Positions 11,001 through 24,653 of a stretch of 64,000 bases of DNA are shown here, piece by piece. Source of the DNA: Scenedesmus sp. PABB004 (taxonomy: Eukaryota); contig JABVCE010000025.1 of NCBI GenBank assembly GCA_014905635.1, positions 186,001-250,000 of the forward strand. The letters are read 5' to 3'. The notes beneath the pieces are model-generated. The model was not told where the DNA came from. It worked only from the letters and a program-made list of their open reading frames with translations, and made no database searches. The position numbers and the translations under genes are program-made. Position 1 is the stretch's first letter. Every line of letters starts with the position of its first letter.

Positions 11001-13477
11001 ACGTCGGCGTGCCGCCGAGCGGGCCCATGGACAGCCTGCACCACCGCCTCGCCAACGCGCTCGTCGGCAACCCCTCTGACGCGGCGGCGCTCGAGTTTGG
11101 GCTCACGGGGCCGACCATCAAGTTCCACGCCGACTGCCTCGTCGCGCTCACCGGTGCGGCGAGAGGGGGCGGCGGCGGTCGCGCGCGGCGTGCGCGCGCG
11201 CGCGCCAGCTCTGGCGCCGCGGCGCACGCCGCCGACCCCCCCCCCCCCCCTGCCTCCCTCCCACCCCTCGCGCCGCGCCGCTGCCGCGCCCCCGCCGCCG
11301 CAGGCGCCGTGTTTGAGGCGTCCCTCGACGGCGCGCCGCTGGCGGGCTGGAACGCGTCGTTCGCGGTGCGCTCGGGCCAGGAGCTGCGCCTGGGGCAGGT
11401 CGACTCGGCGACCGGCGTGCGCGGCTACCTCGCCGTCGCGGGCGGCTTTGATGTGCCCCTCTACCTCGGCAGCCGGGCGACCTTCCCCAACGGCGCGTTT
11501 GGCGGCTACCAGGGCAGGTGCGGCGCCCGGCGGCGGCGGCGGCGGCGGCGGCAGGGGCGGCGGCGGCGGCAGGGGCTGCGGACGCGGCGGCGCGGCGCGG
11601 GCGGCGCGCCCACGCGCGCCCCCCGCGCGCGCCGGCCGCCGGCCGCAGGTTCCTGCGCCCCGGCGACAGCCTGCCGATCGGCGCGCCCGCCGGCGCGCCG
11701 CGCCCGACGTCGCTGCCGGCGGGCTGGCGCGAGCGCTACGCGGGCGTCGTGCGCGACGCGGCCGCGCCCGACGGCGGCGTCGTCGTCGGCGTGCTGCCCG
11801 GGCCGCACGCCAACCCAGACTACTTCACTGATGAGGCCATGGACGTCTTCTACTCTAGCCCCTATGCGGTGCACTACAACAGCAACCGCCTCGGCGTGCG
11901 CCTCAACGGCCCGCGCCCGACCTGGACGCGCAGCGACGGCGGCGAGGGCGGCAGCCACCCCTCCAACGTGCACGACCACACCTACGCCATCGGTGCGCGC
12001 CCCACCCTGCCCCCGCGTGCCCCGCCGCGCCGCTGCCGGCCCCGCACCCGCCGCCGCGCCGCCTGCGCCTCCGTGCCCCGCCGCCGCCGCCGCGCTCGTC
12101 CGACTGTCCCTGCCCCGCCGCCGCCGCGCTCGTCCGACTGCCCGCGCTGTGCCTGTACACAAACAACACAACAGGCGCCGTGAACTTCACTGGCGACATG
12201 CCCGTCATCCTCATGGTCGACGGCCCCTCCCTCGGCGGCTTTGTGTGCGCCGCGACGATCACGTCGACGGAGCTGTGGAAGATCGGCCAGGCGCGCGCGG
12301 GGCGCGGGGCGCGCGCGGGGGGCCGCTGCTGCTGCGGGCGGGACCCCGCCCTCGGGCGCCCTCTCTGTCTCTCGCGCGCGCAGCTCGCGCGCACGCTCGC
12401 GCGCACGCTCACGCTCGCCCCGGGCCGTCAATGAACGCAGGTGCGGCCGAACGACAACATCTTTTTCAAGCGCGTGACGCTCGAGGAGGCCTTTACCGCC
12501 ATCTTTGTGACGGACGCGATGGTCGAGCAGCTCACCTCGCTCGCGCGCGGCGAGACGAGCCTGCAGCACGCCGAGGCGGCGCTCGCGGGGCTGAAGGTCG
12601 ACCTGCCGGCGATGCCGCCGACCGCGCCCGTGCTCGTGCGCACCGAGGCGTCGCTCAGCCACCCCGGCCTGCTCGTGCGCCTCGCCGGCGACAGGCGCGC
12701 GCGAGCTGCACCGCCGCGCGCCGCCGCGCCGCGCCGTGCCGCGCCGCGCCGGCCGGGCCTGCCGCCGCCCGGGAGCCGCCGTTCAAACCCTCAACGCCCC
12801 CAAAAACCTAAACACTAAACCCCCGCCCGTGACCCCTAAACCCCCGCTGAACCCCGCGCAGGTACGTGCAGGTCGAGTACGGGCCGATGGAGCTCGACCT
12901 CAACCTCCGCGCGCGCATCCACTGCCTCGAGCAGGCCCTCGCGGCCGCGGGGCACGCGGGGCTCGTGGAGAGCAACGCCGGCGTGCGCAGCGTGATGATA
13001 GAGTACGATGCCCGCGCCCTCGCCCTGCCCGCGCTGCTGGCCGCGATCACGGCCGCCGACGCGTCGATCGGCGACGTCGCGCACATGGTGCTGCCGTCGC
13101 GCATCGTGCACCTCCCCATGGCCTTTGAGGAGCGGTGCGTCGACGCGCCGCGCCCGCGCCGCGCCGCGCCGCGCAGCGCCGCGCCGCGCCGCGCCGCACG
13201 CCCGCGCTCCCGCGCCCAGCGGCGCCCGACGCCCCGCGCCGCGCCCTTCAAACTCCCCTCCCCACACACACACACCAGGTGGACCGCCGAGGCGCTGGCC
13301 AAGTACAGCAAGAGCACGCGCGCCGAGGCGCCCTACCTGCCCAGCAACATCCAGTACATCGCCAACAACAACGGCCTCACAGACCGCGAGGACGTGAGCC
13401 CCGCCGCGCGCCCGCACCCGCCGCGCCGCGCACCTCGCACCCTGCGCCTGCGACGCCCCTCCGCCCCTCCTCCCGCC

Positions 13478-13518
<41 letters not shown>

Positions 13519-15291
13519 CACCCCACCCCCGCCCTACACCCCGCTTCGCCGCCGCCCCGTGCGCCCATAGGTGCGCCGCATCGTGTTTGAGGCGAGCTAC
13601 CTGGTGCTGGGCCTGGGCGACGTCTACCTCGGCGCGCCCTGCGCGGTGCCGGTCAACCCGCTGCACCGCGTCGTCACGACCAAGATGAACCCCGCTCGCA
13701 CCTTCACGCACGAGGGCACCGTCGGCATCGGCGGCAGCTACATGTGTGAGTGCGCGCCGCCGCGCCGCGCCGCGGGGGCGGCGGGGGCCCAGCACCCCCC
13801 CCCCCCCTCTCCCATCCTGACCCCCGGCGCGGCGGGCAGGGAGAGAGGGGGCTCCCCGCGCCGCGCGCACGGCCGCCCCCTCTGCCAGGCCTCCTTGTGC
13901 CCCCTCACAACGCCGCCCCTCTGCCCCGCCCCGACCCCCTGCCCCCCCCCCCCCACACACACACACCCACACATAACACACAACCCACACCCTCAGGCAT
14001 CTACCCGATGGACTCCCCGGGCGGCTACCAGCTCGTGGGGCGCACGCTGCCGATCTGGAACACCTTTGGCCGCGCGGGGCCGTTCACGCCCGACAAGCCC
14101 TGGCTGCTCGAGTTCTTCGACCAGGCGCGCCGCCCGCGCCCGCTGCGCCCGCTGCGCCCGCGCCCGCCACGCGCGCGCGCGCCCGCGCGCCGCCGCGCGC
14201 CCTCTCCGGCGGCTCGCGCCGCGGCTGGCGCGCGCACGGCCTTGGCCCCTCCGCGCACCTCACCCCGCCCCCGCCGCGCCCGTGCCCGTACTCTCCCTCC
14301 CCCCCCCCCCGCCCCTGCAGGTGCGGTTCTTCGAGGTGAGCGAGAGCGAGCTGGAGGACCTGCGGTCGCGGTTCAGCGCAGGGCAGTATGCGATCGACGT
14401 CGAGGCCAAGACCTTCAGCATGGCCGAGTACAACGAGATGATCAACGGTGAGAGGGGCGGGAGGCTGAGTGCTTGTGTGCTGGAGTGCGTGCGAGTGTGT
14501 GAGTGTGCGTGTGGGTGGGTGGGTGGGTGCAAGAGGGGGACAGGGGCGTGGAGCGGGCGCTGCGGTGCCGGCGGGCGGGGGCTGGCCGGCGGGGAGCTGC
14601 CGAGCGGAGGCGGCAGTCACGCCGCCAGTGGAGCCGCCCGCGGCCGCCCACGTGCCTGCACGCCGCCGCCGCCGCCGCGCGCGCGCAGGCATGGCCGACG
14701 AGGTCGCCGCGTGGAAGGCGCAGCAGCGCGCGGCGAGCGCGGTGCAGCTGCAGCTCGAGGAGGAGAGCCTGTCCCGCCTCGAGGCCGCCGCCGCGGCGTC
14801 GGGCAAGGACGTCAGCGTGCACGGCGTGCGCGGCGCGATGGCGGAGGAGGACGAGGACGAGGCCGTGTTTGACGCGCCCGGCCTGGTCAAGGTGCGCCCG
14901 CCGCCCGGCACGCCGCGCCGCGCCACGGCCGCCGGCCCCCGGCCCGCCGGGATGCCGCCGCGGGGCGCACGCGCTGGGGAGCGCGCGTGGGCGCGTCGCC
15001 CGACGCCCGGCCCGCCCGTGCCGACGCGCGCGCGCCGCCGCCGCCGCCGCCGTGCCGTGGAACTGAACCTAAACCCAGGTGACGGCCGCGTTCACGGCCA
15101 ACGTGTGGGACATCAAGGTCGCGGTCGGCGACGCGGTGGCCAAGGACCAGACGCTGATGGTGCTGGAGGCGATGAAGATGGAGTCCCCCGTGGCCGCGCC
15201 GGTCGCGGGCACGGTCAAGGCGCTGCGCGTCGGCCAGGGCGCGATGACGCACGCGGGGCAGCTGCTCGTCGTGGTGGAGGAGGCAAAGTGA
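8006..15291 (+). CDS. DUR1: Urea carboxylase (biotin carboxylase + carboxyltransferase + biotinyl domains), ~21 exons
   Basis: [94 protein letters not shown] and biotin motif EAMKME. Confidence 0.95.
10736..10825. repeat. Intronic minisatellite, 18-bp base unit (36-bp period)
   Basis: ctgcagcactgagggcgc and ctgcagcgctgtggccgc alternate, ~5 units, inside a urea carboxylase intron. Confidence 0.8.
13481..13512. repeat. (TC)n microsatellite in intron
   Basis: Direct reading. Confidence 0.9.
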
Positions 15292-15796
15292 GTGTGAGTG
15301 AGCCGGCGGGCGCGGCGGCGGGCGCGGCGGACGCCCTGGTCAGGCCGGGCGCGGCGCCGCGGCGGCGCGGCGCGGAGGGGCGGACGAGGAGAAGGATCGG
15401 CTGAGAAGAAGAAGAGGCTGGCGAGGACTGCTGGCAGTCTCGGCACCGCCGCCCAATGGCGACGGCGCCCGCAGCACCACTGCCGTTGGCCTGAATCTGC
15501 TCGGTTCAGGCCAGTCTGAGGTCTGAGATTCAGGCGCTGGGAGGCTGGCGGCGGCGGGGGCCGCACCGTTCGTGTGTGCTGCAGGAGGGGCGCGCACGCG
15601 GGGCGCGCCGCGGAGCAGGGATTGGGGCCTGGCGGGGACGGCGCGCATGCCTCGCAATTGCGATGATCATTCGATTGTTCGAGCACATCTCTCTAGGCCG
15701 CCGGCGGCGCTGGCCCGCCCGCGCCGCGGCGCGCGCATGCGGGGGCTGGGGGCCTGACGGCACGGCGGTGCCCGATGAATCACGGTGGTGGCGGTG

Positions 15797-15816
15797 TGTA
15801 AGTTCTAGCGGTGTAA
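15797..15816 (+). promoter_or_regulatory. Two TGTAA polyadenylation signals for urea carboxylase
   Basis: TGTAA at 15797 and 15812, ~500 bp after the stop; UGUAA is the known chlorophyte signal. Confidence 0.6.
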
Positions 15817-16064
15817 AGCTCTAGCGGGTTCAAGCAGGAGCGGCAGTCGGGCGGGCGGGCGTTCGCGCGCACGACGGCGGCGCAGCGGCGCAGGGCACAC
15901 AGCACAGCCCGCCCCCGGGCCGAGTTCCCACACGCAAGGAGCGCTCCTGGACGAGCGCGCAGGATCGCAGCGGCGCCGCTCGAATCGGCGCCTTTGCCGC
16001 CGTTTGGTCGTGTGCGCGCGTCGGAGGCCCCCAGCGTCCCAGCGACCGCACGCTGCACGCTACC

Positions 16065-17677
16065 ATGCCCGCTCCAGACGCCGGCGCCGCACCGGCCGTC
16101 GGCGGCGGCGCGGCCGACCAGAGCAGCGCCGGAGGGAAGCGCGCGCAGAAGGCCCAGGTCGGGCCCGGCGGCTCGGGGGCCGCCGCCCCCCTCCCCCCCC
16201 GCCCCACACACACACGCCCTCCCCACCCACCCAACCCCGCGGCCGCCGCTGCCGGCGCAGAAGCGCCTCGCGGCCGACGCTGCCGCCGACTTTGCCGCGG
16301 CGATGGCGCCTGCGATCGCCGAGGCGGAGGCCGCCATGGGTGGCGCCGGCGGCGGCGCGCGGCGCGAGCTCGCGCGCGCGCGGCGCGTCGCGTTTAAGCA
16401 GGCGGTCAAGGCGGCGAGCGACGCCTCGACGCCCGCGGAGGAGCGCCTGCGCGCGCTGCAGGCGCGCTACGCGGCGCTCGCGGCGCAGCAGGACGCGGCG
16501 GACCGCGACACGCTCGCGGCGCAGGCGGCGCTCGCCGAGGCGCAGCGCGATGCGGCGGCCGCGCGCGCGGAGCTGGCCAAGGCGGACCAGCGCGCCGACG
16601 GCCTGGCGCGGCTCGGGCGGCTGCTGACCGCCGAAAAGGCGGAGCTGGCGGAGCGGCTCGCGGCGCAGCGCGCCGCGCACGAGCAGTTTGCGGCGGCGAG
16701 CGACGACATCCGCGCGCGCCTGGACGGCCTCGCCGCGGACAGCCGCAAGGCGCACGAGGCCAACGCGGCGCTGGCCGCCGAGAACGACGGCCTGCGGTCC
16801 CAGCTCGCGGCGGCGGGGGGGCTGCTGGAGGCCACGCAGGCGCAGCTGGAGCAGCTGCGCACGGGCCAGGCGGAGCAGCTCGAGTCGCTGCGCGCGAGCC
16901 TGGGGCAGCAGACCGGGTGGCTGGAGCGCATGCAGGAGCTGCAGGAGCAGCTGACGACGACGATGCAGGACAACAAGACCCTCGCCGCGCGCGCCGCGGC
17001 GGCGGAGGCGCGCAGCGAGGTGCGCGCCGCAGGTGGCCGGCCGGCCGCGCCACTCCGCGCCGCGCGCCGCGCCGCGCCGCGCCCGACGCCCGCCGGCTGC
17101 GCGCCGCCACCGCGCCCGACCCCCGACGCCGCGCCGCAGCAACTCACCGCGCTGGCGGAGGGCTACAAGCAGTCCTACGAGGGCGTCCGCGACCAGCTGA
17201 AGGAGCTGGAGGCCAGCCTCGCGTCCACCAAGAGCGTGCTGACGGTGCGCGGAGCGGAGCCCGGGCTCCACGGCCACGCGCCGGCGGCACCGCCGCCGCG
17301 CGGCCGACGGCGCCGCGCGGCCGCCACGCGCGCAGATGGCCGGCAAGCTGGGCGCGGAGCTGGAGGAGCAGCGGCGCATCGCGCGCGAGCTGGTCGCGCA
17401 GCGCAAGGCCGCGCAGAATGAGGCCGCCGCACTGCGCGGGCGCCTGCAGGAGCAGGCGGACGAGCTGCGGCGCGCCGCGCTCAAGCGGGAGCGGCTCGAG
17501 GGGCTCTGCCGCGCCCTGCAGGCGGCGCGCATGGGCGGCGATGGCAAGGCGGGCGCGCGGGGCAACGGCGGCGATGATGACGGCACTGCGGCCGTCTGCG
17601 CGGGCGTCGCGCGCGCCGCGGTGGCCGCGGTGGTGGCGCGGCACGCCGGCACAGAGGCGGCGGCGGCGGCGCAGTGA
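16065..17677 (+). CDS. Taxilin-family coiled-coil protein (4 exons)
   Basis: Long heptad-rich coiled coil ending KRERLEGLCRALQAAR (taxilin C-terminal signature). Confidence 0.75.
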
Positions 17678-17991
17678 TCGGCGGGCGTTCAGGCCCAGCA
17701 ACCGCACACGCGTCAGTTCGGTTGCGGCGGTTGCCCGCGGCTGAGCCCTGAGCGCGGTTCTGCGTGCCCGCGCGCCACGGCAACAGCGAGGGGACCGGTC
17801 CCTCCCGCCGCCGCCGCGCCCGCCGCCGGCCGTCAAGCGCTGCCGCGTGCGCAGGCGGCTCCGCTGCTCGCCGCTCCGCTGCGCTGCGCTCCGCCGCGCC
17901 GCCACGCGAGAGAGAGCAGCGCGGCTCTCAGTGCGGGAGCGAGCCTCTTGCGCGCGGCCCATGCGCTGAGAACACTCCGCTCGCGCGCTCC

Positions 17992-20642
17992 ATGCCCGCC
18001 GGCGGCGGCGGCAGCAGCGGCATGTTGGGCCTCGCCGCCTTCCTGGACGGCGTGCGGGCGCCGCCGCCCGAGGCGCCGCTGGAGCCGGAGCTCAAGCCGG
18101 AGAAGAAGGAGCGGGACCGCAAGATCAGGTGCGCCGCCGGCCGCCGCCCAGCCGGCGCGGGCGCGCGGCCGCAGCGGCTGCCGCGCCCGACGCCGCCGCC
18201 CCGCGGGTGCCAGGGAGGAGCAGGACCTGGCCGCGGGGGCGGTGCTGGAGGCCACCACGGAGCCGGGGGAGGGCGGGGCGTCGCCTGGGGAGGGCGCCCT
18301 GGTCTACGCCCACGTGTCCGTGAGCAGCGGTGACGGCGAGCTGCTGCACACGACGCGCGCCGAGGACGGCGGCGCGGGCCAGCCGCTCGCGTTCGTGCTG
18401 GGCAAGGGCCGCCGCGCGCCGCGCGCGTGGGAGCTGGCGCTCGAGGGTGCGCGCACCCGCCCGCGGGCCCCGCGCACGCCGGGGTAGCGGCCCGGCGCGC
18501 GCGCGCCGCCGCCGCCCCTCGGCCGGCGCCGCGCCGCCGACGCGCCGGGCGCCGCGCCGCAGGCATGACCCGGGGGCAGCGCAAGCGGCTGCAGGTGCAG
18601 CCGAGCTACGGCTATGCCCACGCGGACTGCGGCATGCCGCCGCCGCCGGGCGTGCCGTGCGGCGCGGCGCTGCAGTTTGACGTGCAGCTGGTCGCGTGGC
18701 ATGCAGCCGACACGGTGCGGCGCGGCGCGGCGGGCTGAGCTGAACGCGCCCCCGGCGAGCGCCCGCAGCGCCGCGGCCGCCGGCTGAGCCCCCCGCCCCG
18801 GCCGCCAGGTGCGCGTGTGCGGCGAGGACGGTGCCATGGTCAAGCGCGTGCTGGCGGAGAGCGACAAGTGGGAGACGGCGCGCGCGCCCAACGAGGTGGG
18901 CGACGCGGCGGCGCTGGCGGGCCAGCCGGCGGCGGCGGGGCGCGGCGCGCACGGCGCGTGCGGCTGCGCCGCCACGCCGCCGCGCCGCCGCCGGCGCAGG
19001 TGTGCTTCAGCTTTGAGGCGCGCACGCCGGCGTACGACGGGCAGCAGGGCACCGGCCGGCTCTACCACGCGGCGCCGCCGGCGCAGCCGCTGCGCGCGCA
19101 GCTCGGGTCCGGCGCGCTGCCGCCGGGGCTCGACGCGGCGCTGTGCCACATGTCCAAGGGCGAGCGCGCGGCGTTTGTGCTGCCGGCGGACGCGATGCGC
19201 GGCGGCGGGGGCCTCGTGCCGCCGCCCCCGGCGCGGGCGGCGCAGGTGGAGCTCGCGGTGGAGCTGCACGACCTGGTGCAGGTGCGGGAGGGGCGGGGGG
19301 CATCGGAGGGCAAACGGGCGGCAGGGGCTCCGCCGCGCTGCCGCTCGCGCCGCCGCTGCCAGCGCTGCCGCAGCCGCCACCGCCGTCACTGACGGCCGGC
19401 CGTGTCGTGTGTGTGCTTGCCTGCCTGCCCAGGTGCGGGACATGACCGGCGACGGCGGCGTGATGAAGCGGCGCCTCGCCGAGGGCAGCGGCGATTTTCC
19501 CATCGACTGCCCCCTGCACGACACGGCCGTGCGCCTGCACTACCGCGCGCGCGCCGCGCCGCCGCCCGGCGGCGCGCCCGGGCCGTGGCTGCTCGACACG
19601 CTGCCCGCCGCCGGCGCCGCCGCCGGCGACGGGCCCGCGGGCTCCTGGGGCGCCGCCGCGGCGGCGGCGGGCGGCGGCGTCGCGGCCGACACGGGGTGCG
19701 GCGAGCTGCCCGAGGGGCTGGAGCTGTGCGTGAAGCTGATGGTGCCCGGCGAGTGGGCCAGCGCGGTGTGCCAGCCCAAGTACGCCTATCAGGTGCGCCA
19801 GCGCGTGTTGCTGTTCCGGGTCCGGCGACGGCACCTGCCTGGCGGCGGCGCGCCCACGCCGCGGCGCGCCCACGCCGCGCCGCGCCGCGCCGCGCCGCGC
19901 CGCCGCCGCGCCAGGGCCGGCGCGACGCGCCGCCGGGCCTCGCTGCGCCGGACGGCGCGGCGGTGGAGTTTGAGGCCGTGCTGCTCGGCTTTGAGCGCGA
20001 AGGCCACTGGCAGGCGCTGGGCTGGGACGAGCGCTGGGCGCTGGCGGAGCGGCTGAAGCTCAAGGCCAACGAGCTCTTCCGCGCGGGGCAGTATGCATAC
20101 GCCAACAATCGGTACACCCACCTGCTGCGCCTCATCGAGTCGACGCGCGACTTTGAGACGCAGGAGCAGGTGGAGCGCGCGGACGCGTACAAGGCGGCGC
20201 TGCTCGCCAACCTCGGCGCCGCGGCGCTGCAGGCGGGCGAGCCCGCGCGCGCCGTGGAGTGGTGCGACAAGGCGCTGCAGGTCGACCCGGGCAACGCCAA
20301 GGCGCGGCGGCGCTGCGGCGCGGGCCGCGGCGGCGCGGGGGCGGCACCGGAGAGAGGTGCTGGCGCGCGCGCGCGCCGGCGCCGGGCGGCGCCCGCCGAC
20401 GGGGGCCTGCCGCCCCGCGCCCCGGCGCGCGCGCGCAGGTCATGCTGCGCCGGGCCAAGGCCCTCAGCGCCAAGGGCGACCACGAGGACGCGGCGGACGC
20501 GCTGGACGCGGCGGCCGAGCTCGACGCCGACAGCGCGCTCGCGGGCGAGGTCGCGGCGGCGCGCGCGGCCAACGCAGCGCGCGCCAAGGCGGCGGCGGCG
20601 AAGCAGAAGCGGCAGTTCCGGAGCTTTTTCAGCAAAGCCTGA
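17992..20642 (+). CDS. PAS1: Multi-FKBP + TPR peptidyl-prolyl isomerase, PASTICCINO1-like
   Basis: FKBP domains incl. VRDMTGDGGVMKRRLAEGSGDFPIDCPLHD and GELPEGLELCVKLMVPGE, then TPRs (KLKANELFR..CDKALQVDPGNAK). Confidence 0.85.
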
Positions 20643-20857
20643 CGCCGCAGGCTCGCCGGCTGGGCGGACCGCTCGGGGCACGCGTGCGGGCGCCGCGCGC
20701 GGTTGTGCCGTTGCTCGCGCAGGCAACGCCCCCGCGCCGCCTCGGCGCCCCCCACCGACCGCCATCACACGCACGCGCACGCTCTCGCCCGCGCGCCCCA
20801 CGGAGGGCGACGCCGCTGCTGCCGCTGCCACGCTCCCCCGCCCCCGCCTCGCGCTCG

Positions 20858-21681
20858 CTAGCGTCTCCGCCGCGGCCGCGTCGGCAGGTAGTTGACCGCA
20901 GGCCGCCCCGGCGGCGGCGCCGCCGCCGCGCCCGCCGCCGCGCCCGCCGCCGCGCCCGCCGCGGCCTTGCCGCGGCCGGGCATCAGCCCCGCGAGCGTCT
21001 GCTCCAGCCAGCCGCCGGCGCCGGGCCCGCCCGCGCCGGGTGCGGCCGGCGCCGCGAGCGGCGGCAGCCCGAGCGCCGCGCGCGCGCGCGCGTTGGCGAG
21101 CAGCACGTTCTGCCCCGCCGTGAAGAGCGCGTTGGTCGCCCAGAGCAGCGCGACCGCGGACGACACCCAGCCGCCGAGCGGGACCATGGCGACCGCGACG
21201 ACGCGCATCATTATTTTCATGGCCCCCGCGTGCTCGCCCATCGCCGACATGCTGTCGGCCATGCTGCTGCTGTTGAGCATCGCAAACGTCGCGGCCGAGC
21301 AGATGAGCGGCAGACCCAGCCACGGGTCGGGCAGCGTGAGGTCAACAAACCACGCCGCGCCCTCGTGCGTCATCGACGGCACCTGCGGCGCGGCGCGCGC
21401 GGCGCGGCGCAAGCCTCGGCGCGGCGCGCGGGCGGGCGGCGGGCGGCGTGGCGCGCCGGGCGCGCGCGGCGTGCCGCGTGCCGCGCGCCTTTGCCGCGGC
21501 GAGCGCGTTGACGGCGCTGAACTGCGAGATGAACACGACCGCCTGCGCGACGCTCGCGAGCGGCAGCGCGAGCGACTTCAACAGCGAGCCCTTGTTCTCC
21601 GCCTGGAACTTGGCCATTGCTGCCTTGTACTCGGCCAGCATCTTCTCATACTCCCCCGCGGAGCGCTGCCCGGCAGGGCGC

Positions 21682-21712
<31 letters not shown>

Positions 21713-21895
21713 GGCGGTGGGCCGGGGGGCGGCGGGCGCATCGGCGCGGGCTACGGGGCGGCGCCCGCGCGCGCTCACCGCGCGACTGATGCTCTGGCCC
21801 ATCTTCTGCAGCCGCATCGTCTCCTCGCGCACCGCCTGCGGCCCCGCCGGCGCGCGGGCGTGTCGTGGGCGAGCCGCCCGCCCGCGCTGCTCCCC

Positions 21896-21928
<33 letters not shown>

Positions 21929-22442
21929 ATGGTGCCGCCGCCGCTGCCGGCACTCGGGCAACAGTGCCGCTCCGCCGCACCTTCATCTTTGGCCCATTGA
22001 CCTGCATCGCGATCGTCAGCGGCAGCGTGCCCAGCTTGATCGCGAGATTGCTCAGCGCGATCGCCTCAAACCAGGGCAGCCCCGCGCTGTCGTGCGTCCA
22101 CATGAGCAGGTCGATGAACGCGCGCGTGCCCGCCCAGCACTCGGCCGACGCCGCCGCGACCGTCGCGGCGCCCGCCGCCGCGGCGGCCTCGCACAGCGCG
22201 TCCGCCTGGCCCGCGAGCTCCGCCGCGCTCGCGTCCACGGGGTTGTGCACGAACCCGGGCTCCGCGGCGGCGGCGGCGGCGGCCGACGATGCCCTGCCGC
22301 GGCGCTGCTGCGCCGGCCAGGCCGCGCCGCCGCCCGGCGGCCACTGCTGCTGCTGCGCCGCGGCGGCGGCCGCCGCTGCCGCCGACGCGCCGCCCGGCCA
22401 GGCCGCCAGCGGCGCCAGCCGCATGCCCGCCGCCCTCAGCAT
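20858..22442 (-). CDS. OXA1: Mitochondrial inner-membrane insertase OXA1/YidC family
   Basis: Presequence-like N-terminus; HDSAGLPWFEAIAL..LPLTI; PSMTHEGAAWFVDLTLPDPWLGLP; ALLWATNALFTAGQ. Confidence 0.85.
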
Positions 22443-22881
22443 GGCGGCGGGCGGCGGCGATCAGTCCCACGCGCGGCGCGCGAGCGCAGCAGCAGCGGCG
22501 CAGGAGCGGCGGCGGCAGGGGCGCTGCGGCTGCTTGGCGCGCGATCTCGCCGTGCGCGGCGCGAACGGTGTGACGCAGAGCGCGACTGCGGGGCCGATTT
22601 GACAAGCCGCTGACGCCTGCGCCCGAGTCGGCATGTCACTTGGCAATGCAGCGTTGTACGGGCCCTCCGCCTGGCGCATTCGACCGCCGCCGGCAGCAGC
22701 GAGAGCACCGCCCGCGCGCCGGCGTTTGCGCGCGCGCATCGCCAGCATATGCACTCCTGGTCCATCAGCTCGGCCCCTGCTCCGCGCCTGAGCCTCCGCA
22801 CGCCTCGCCGCGCCGCGTGGACCTAGCCCGCGTGCAGTGCCGTCGTCCCACGCCGGCACAGCGCCGCGCGCGCGGGCGGAG

Positions 22882-24562
22882 ATGGCGCAGTCGGCCGTGG
22901 CGCAGGGCCGCGGCCGCGCGGCCTCGCCGGCCAGCGCGCGGCCGCGGCAGCCCTGGGCCCTGACGCTGCGGCCGGCCATGGCGCGACCTGCGGCGCAGCT
23001 GGCGCTGGAGGCGCGCGGCAGCGGCGCCGCGCCAGCCGGGCGGCCGCCCGCCCCGCTGGCGGCGCGCGCGGGCCGCGCCGCGGCCGCCGCCGCGCAGGCG
23101 TGGCTGTCGCTGCACGCGCTGCCCGCGCACGCCGCGGAGGGCGTGCCGCCGGCGGCGCTGCTGCTGTTCCGGGAATTCCTGGTGAGCCCCGAGCCGACGC
23201 CGGCGCCGCTGCGCGCGCCCGCAACCTGGGCGGCGCGCCGCGCTGCGCCGCGGGGGCCGTGCGCGGCCCAGCGCGCGCGCGCGCGCTGCATGCGCGCACG
23301 TGGCTGCCGCGCGCCCGCGCCGCGGCGTGAACGCACGCGGCACGGCGGCACAGGGCAGCGCGGGCGGCGGCGGCGGCCGCCGCCGCGGCCGCCGTGGCCG
23401 CCGGGCGGCCGCCGCGCCGCGGGCGCCAACCGCCGGCAACCGCCGCGCGCTGCGGCGCCGCAGGACCAGATCACCGCGCTGGGGCCGTGGGGCGGCGCGC
23501 TGTTTGTGGTCACGGTGATGGTCGCGGAGATGGTGCCGCTCTTCCCCACGCAGCCGCTCACGCTCGCGAGCGGGCTGCTCTTTGGCCCCACCAAGGGCGC
23601 CGCGCTCGTGGTGCTGGGCGTCACCCTCGCCGCGGTCAACGCCTTCACGCTCGCGCGCGGCGTCGGCCGCGGCCTCGCGGAGCGGATCATCGCGCACGAG
23701 GTCGGCCCGCCCGGCGAGCCCGACGCCGCGGGCGGCGGCGCACCCGGCGTGGGGCCCGTCGCGGCGCAGCTCGCCGCGGTGAGCCGCGCGATCGAGGAGG
23801 GCGGCTTCGTGCGCCAGGTCACAGCGATCACGCTGCTCCGCCTCACGCCGGTCGTGCCGTTCAGGTGCGCCTCGGCACGCAGCGCCCGCCGCGCCGCGCT
23901 GCGCCGCACCCGCCGCGGCACGCCTTGCCCGCGCCGCGCCTCGCCGCGCCCGACTCTCGACCCCCCTAAACCCCTCCGCCACGCCCCCCCCCCCCCCCCC
24001 CACAGCGCGTCCAACTACCTGCTCGGCCTGACCCCCGTCTCGCTCGCGCCGCTGGTGGTGGGCACGGTCGCCGGCATGAGCGTTTGGAGCCTGCTCTACG
24101 CGAGCCTCGGCAGCGCGAGCCGGTCGCTGCTCGACAGCGGCGTCGCGCTGGACGTGCTCATGGAGGGTGAGCGCCGCGCCGCGTGCGGCGCACAGCGCGC
24201 GGCACACACAGGGCGCGCGCGTCGCGGCGGGGCCCGCGCGCGCCGCGGCGCGGCGGCGGCGCGCCTCACGCCGCCCCGCCCCGCCCCGCCCGCGCGTGCG
24301 CCGTGTGGCGGTCAGACCTCGCGGCCAAGGCGGGGCAGTACTCGGAGGACGTCGCCGTCGCGGGGCTGGGCCTCGGCGTGGTTGCGGGGGTGACGTACGT
24401 GCTCACGCAGCGCCTCGGCGCGCCGGCCGTGGACGGCCTGCAGCCCAGCACCGAGCCGGGCGGCCTCGCCGCGCACGCGACCGCAACGGCGGCGGCGGCG
24501 TCCGCGGCAGCGGCGGCGGCACAGCAGCCGCAGGCGCAGGCGCACCAGCAGCAGCAGCAGCT

Positions 24563-24597
<35 letters not shown>

Positions 24598-24653
24598 CTG
24601 GCGCCTCAGCGCCTGCGCCGCTGCAGGGCGAGGCGCTTACGCAGCAGGAGTGA
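22882..24653 (+). CDS. TVP38/TMEM64 (VTT/SNARE-associated) membrane protein, probably plastid-targeted
   Basis: EMVPLFPTQPLTLASGLLFG, LLRLTPVVPF/SASNYLLGLT; poly-Q tail. Confidence 0.85.
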
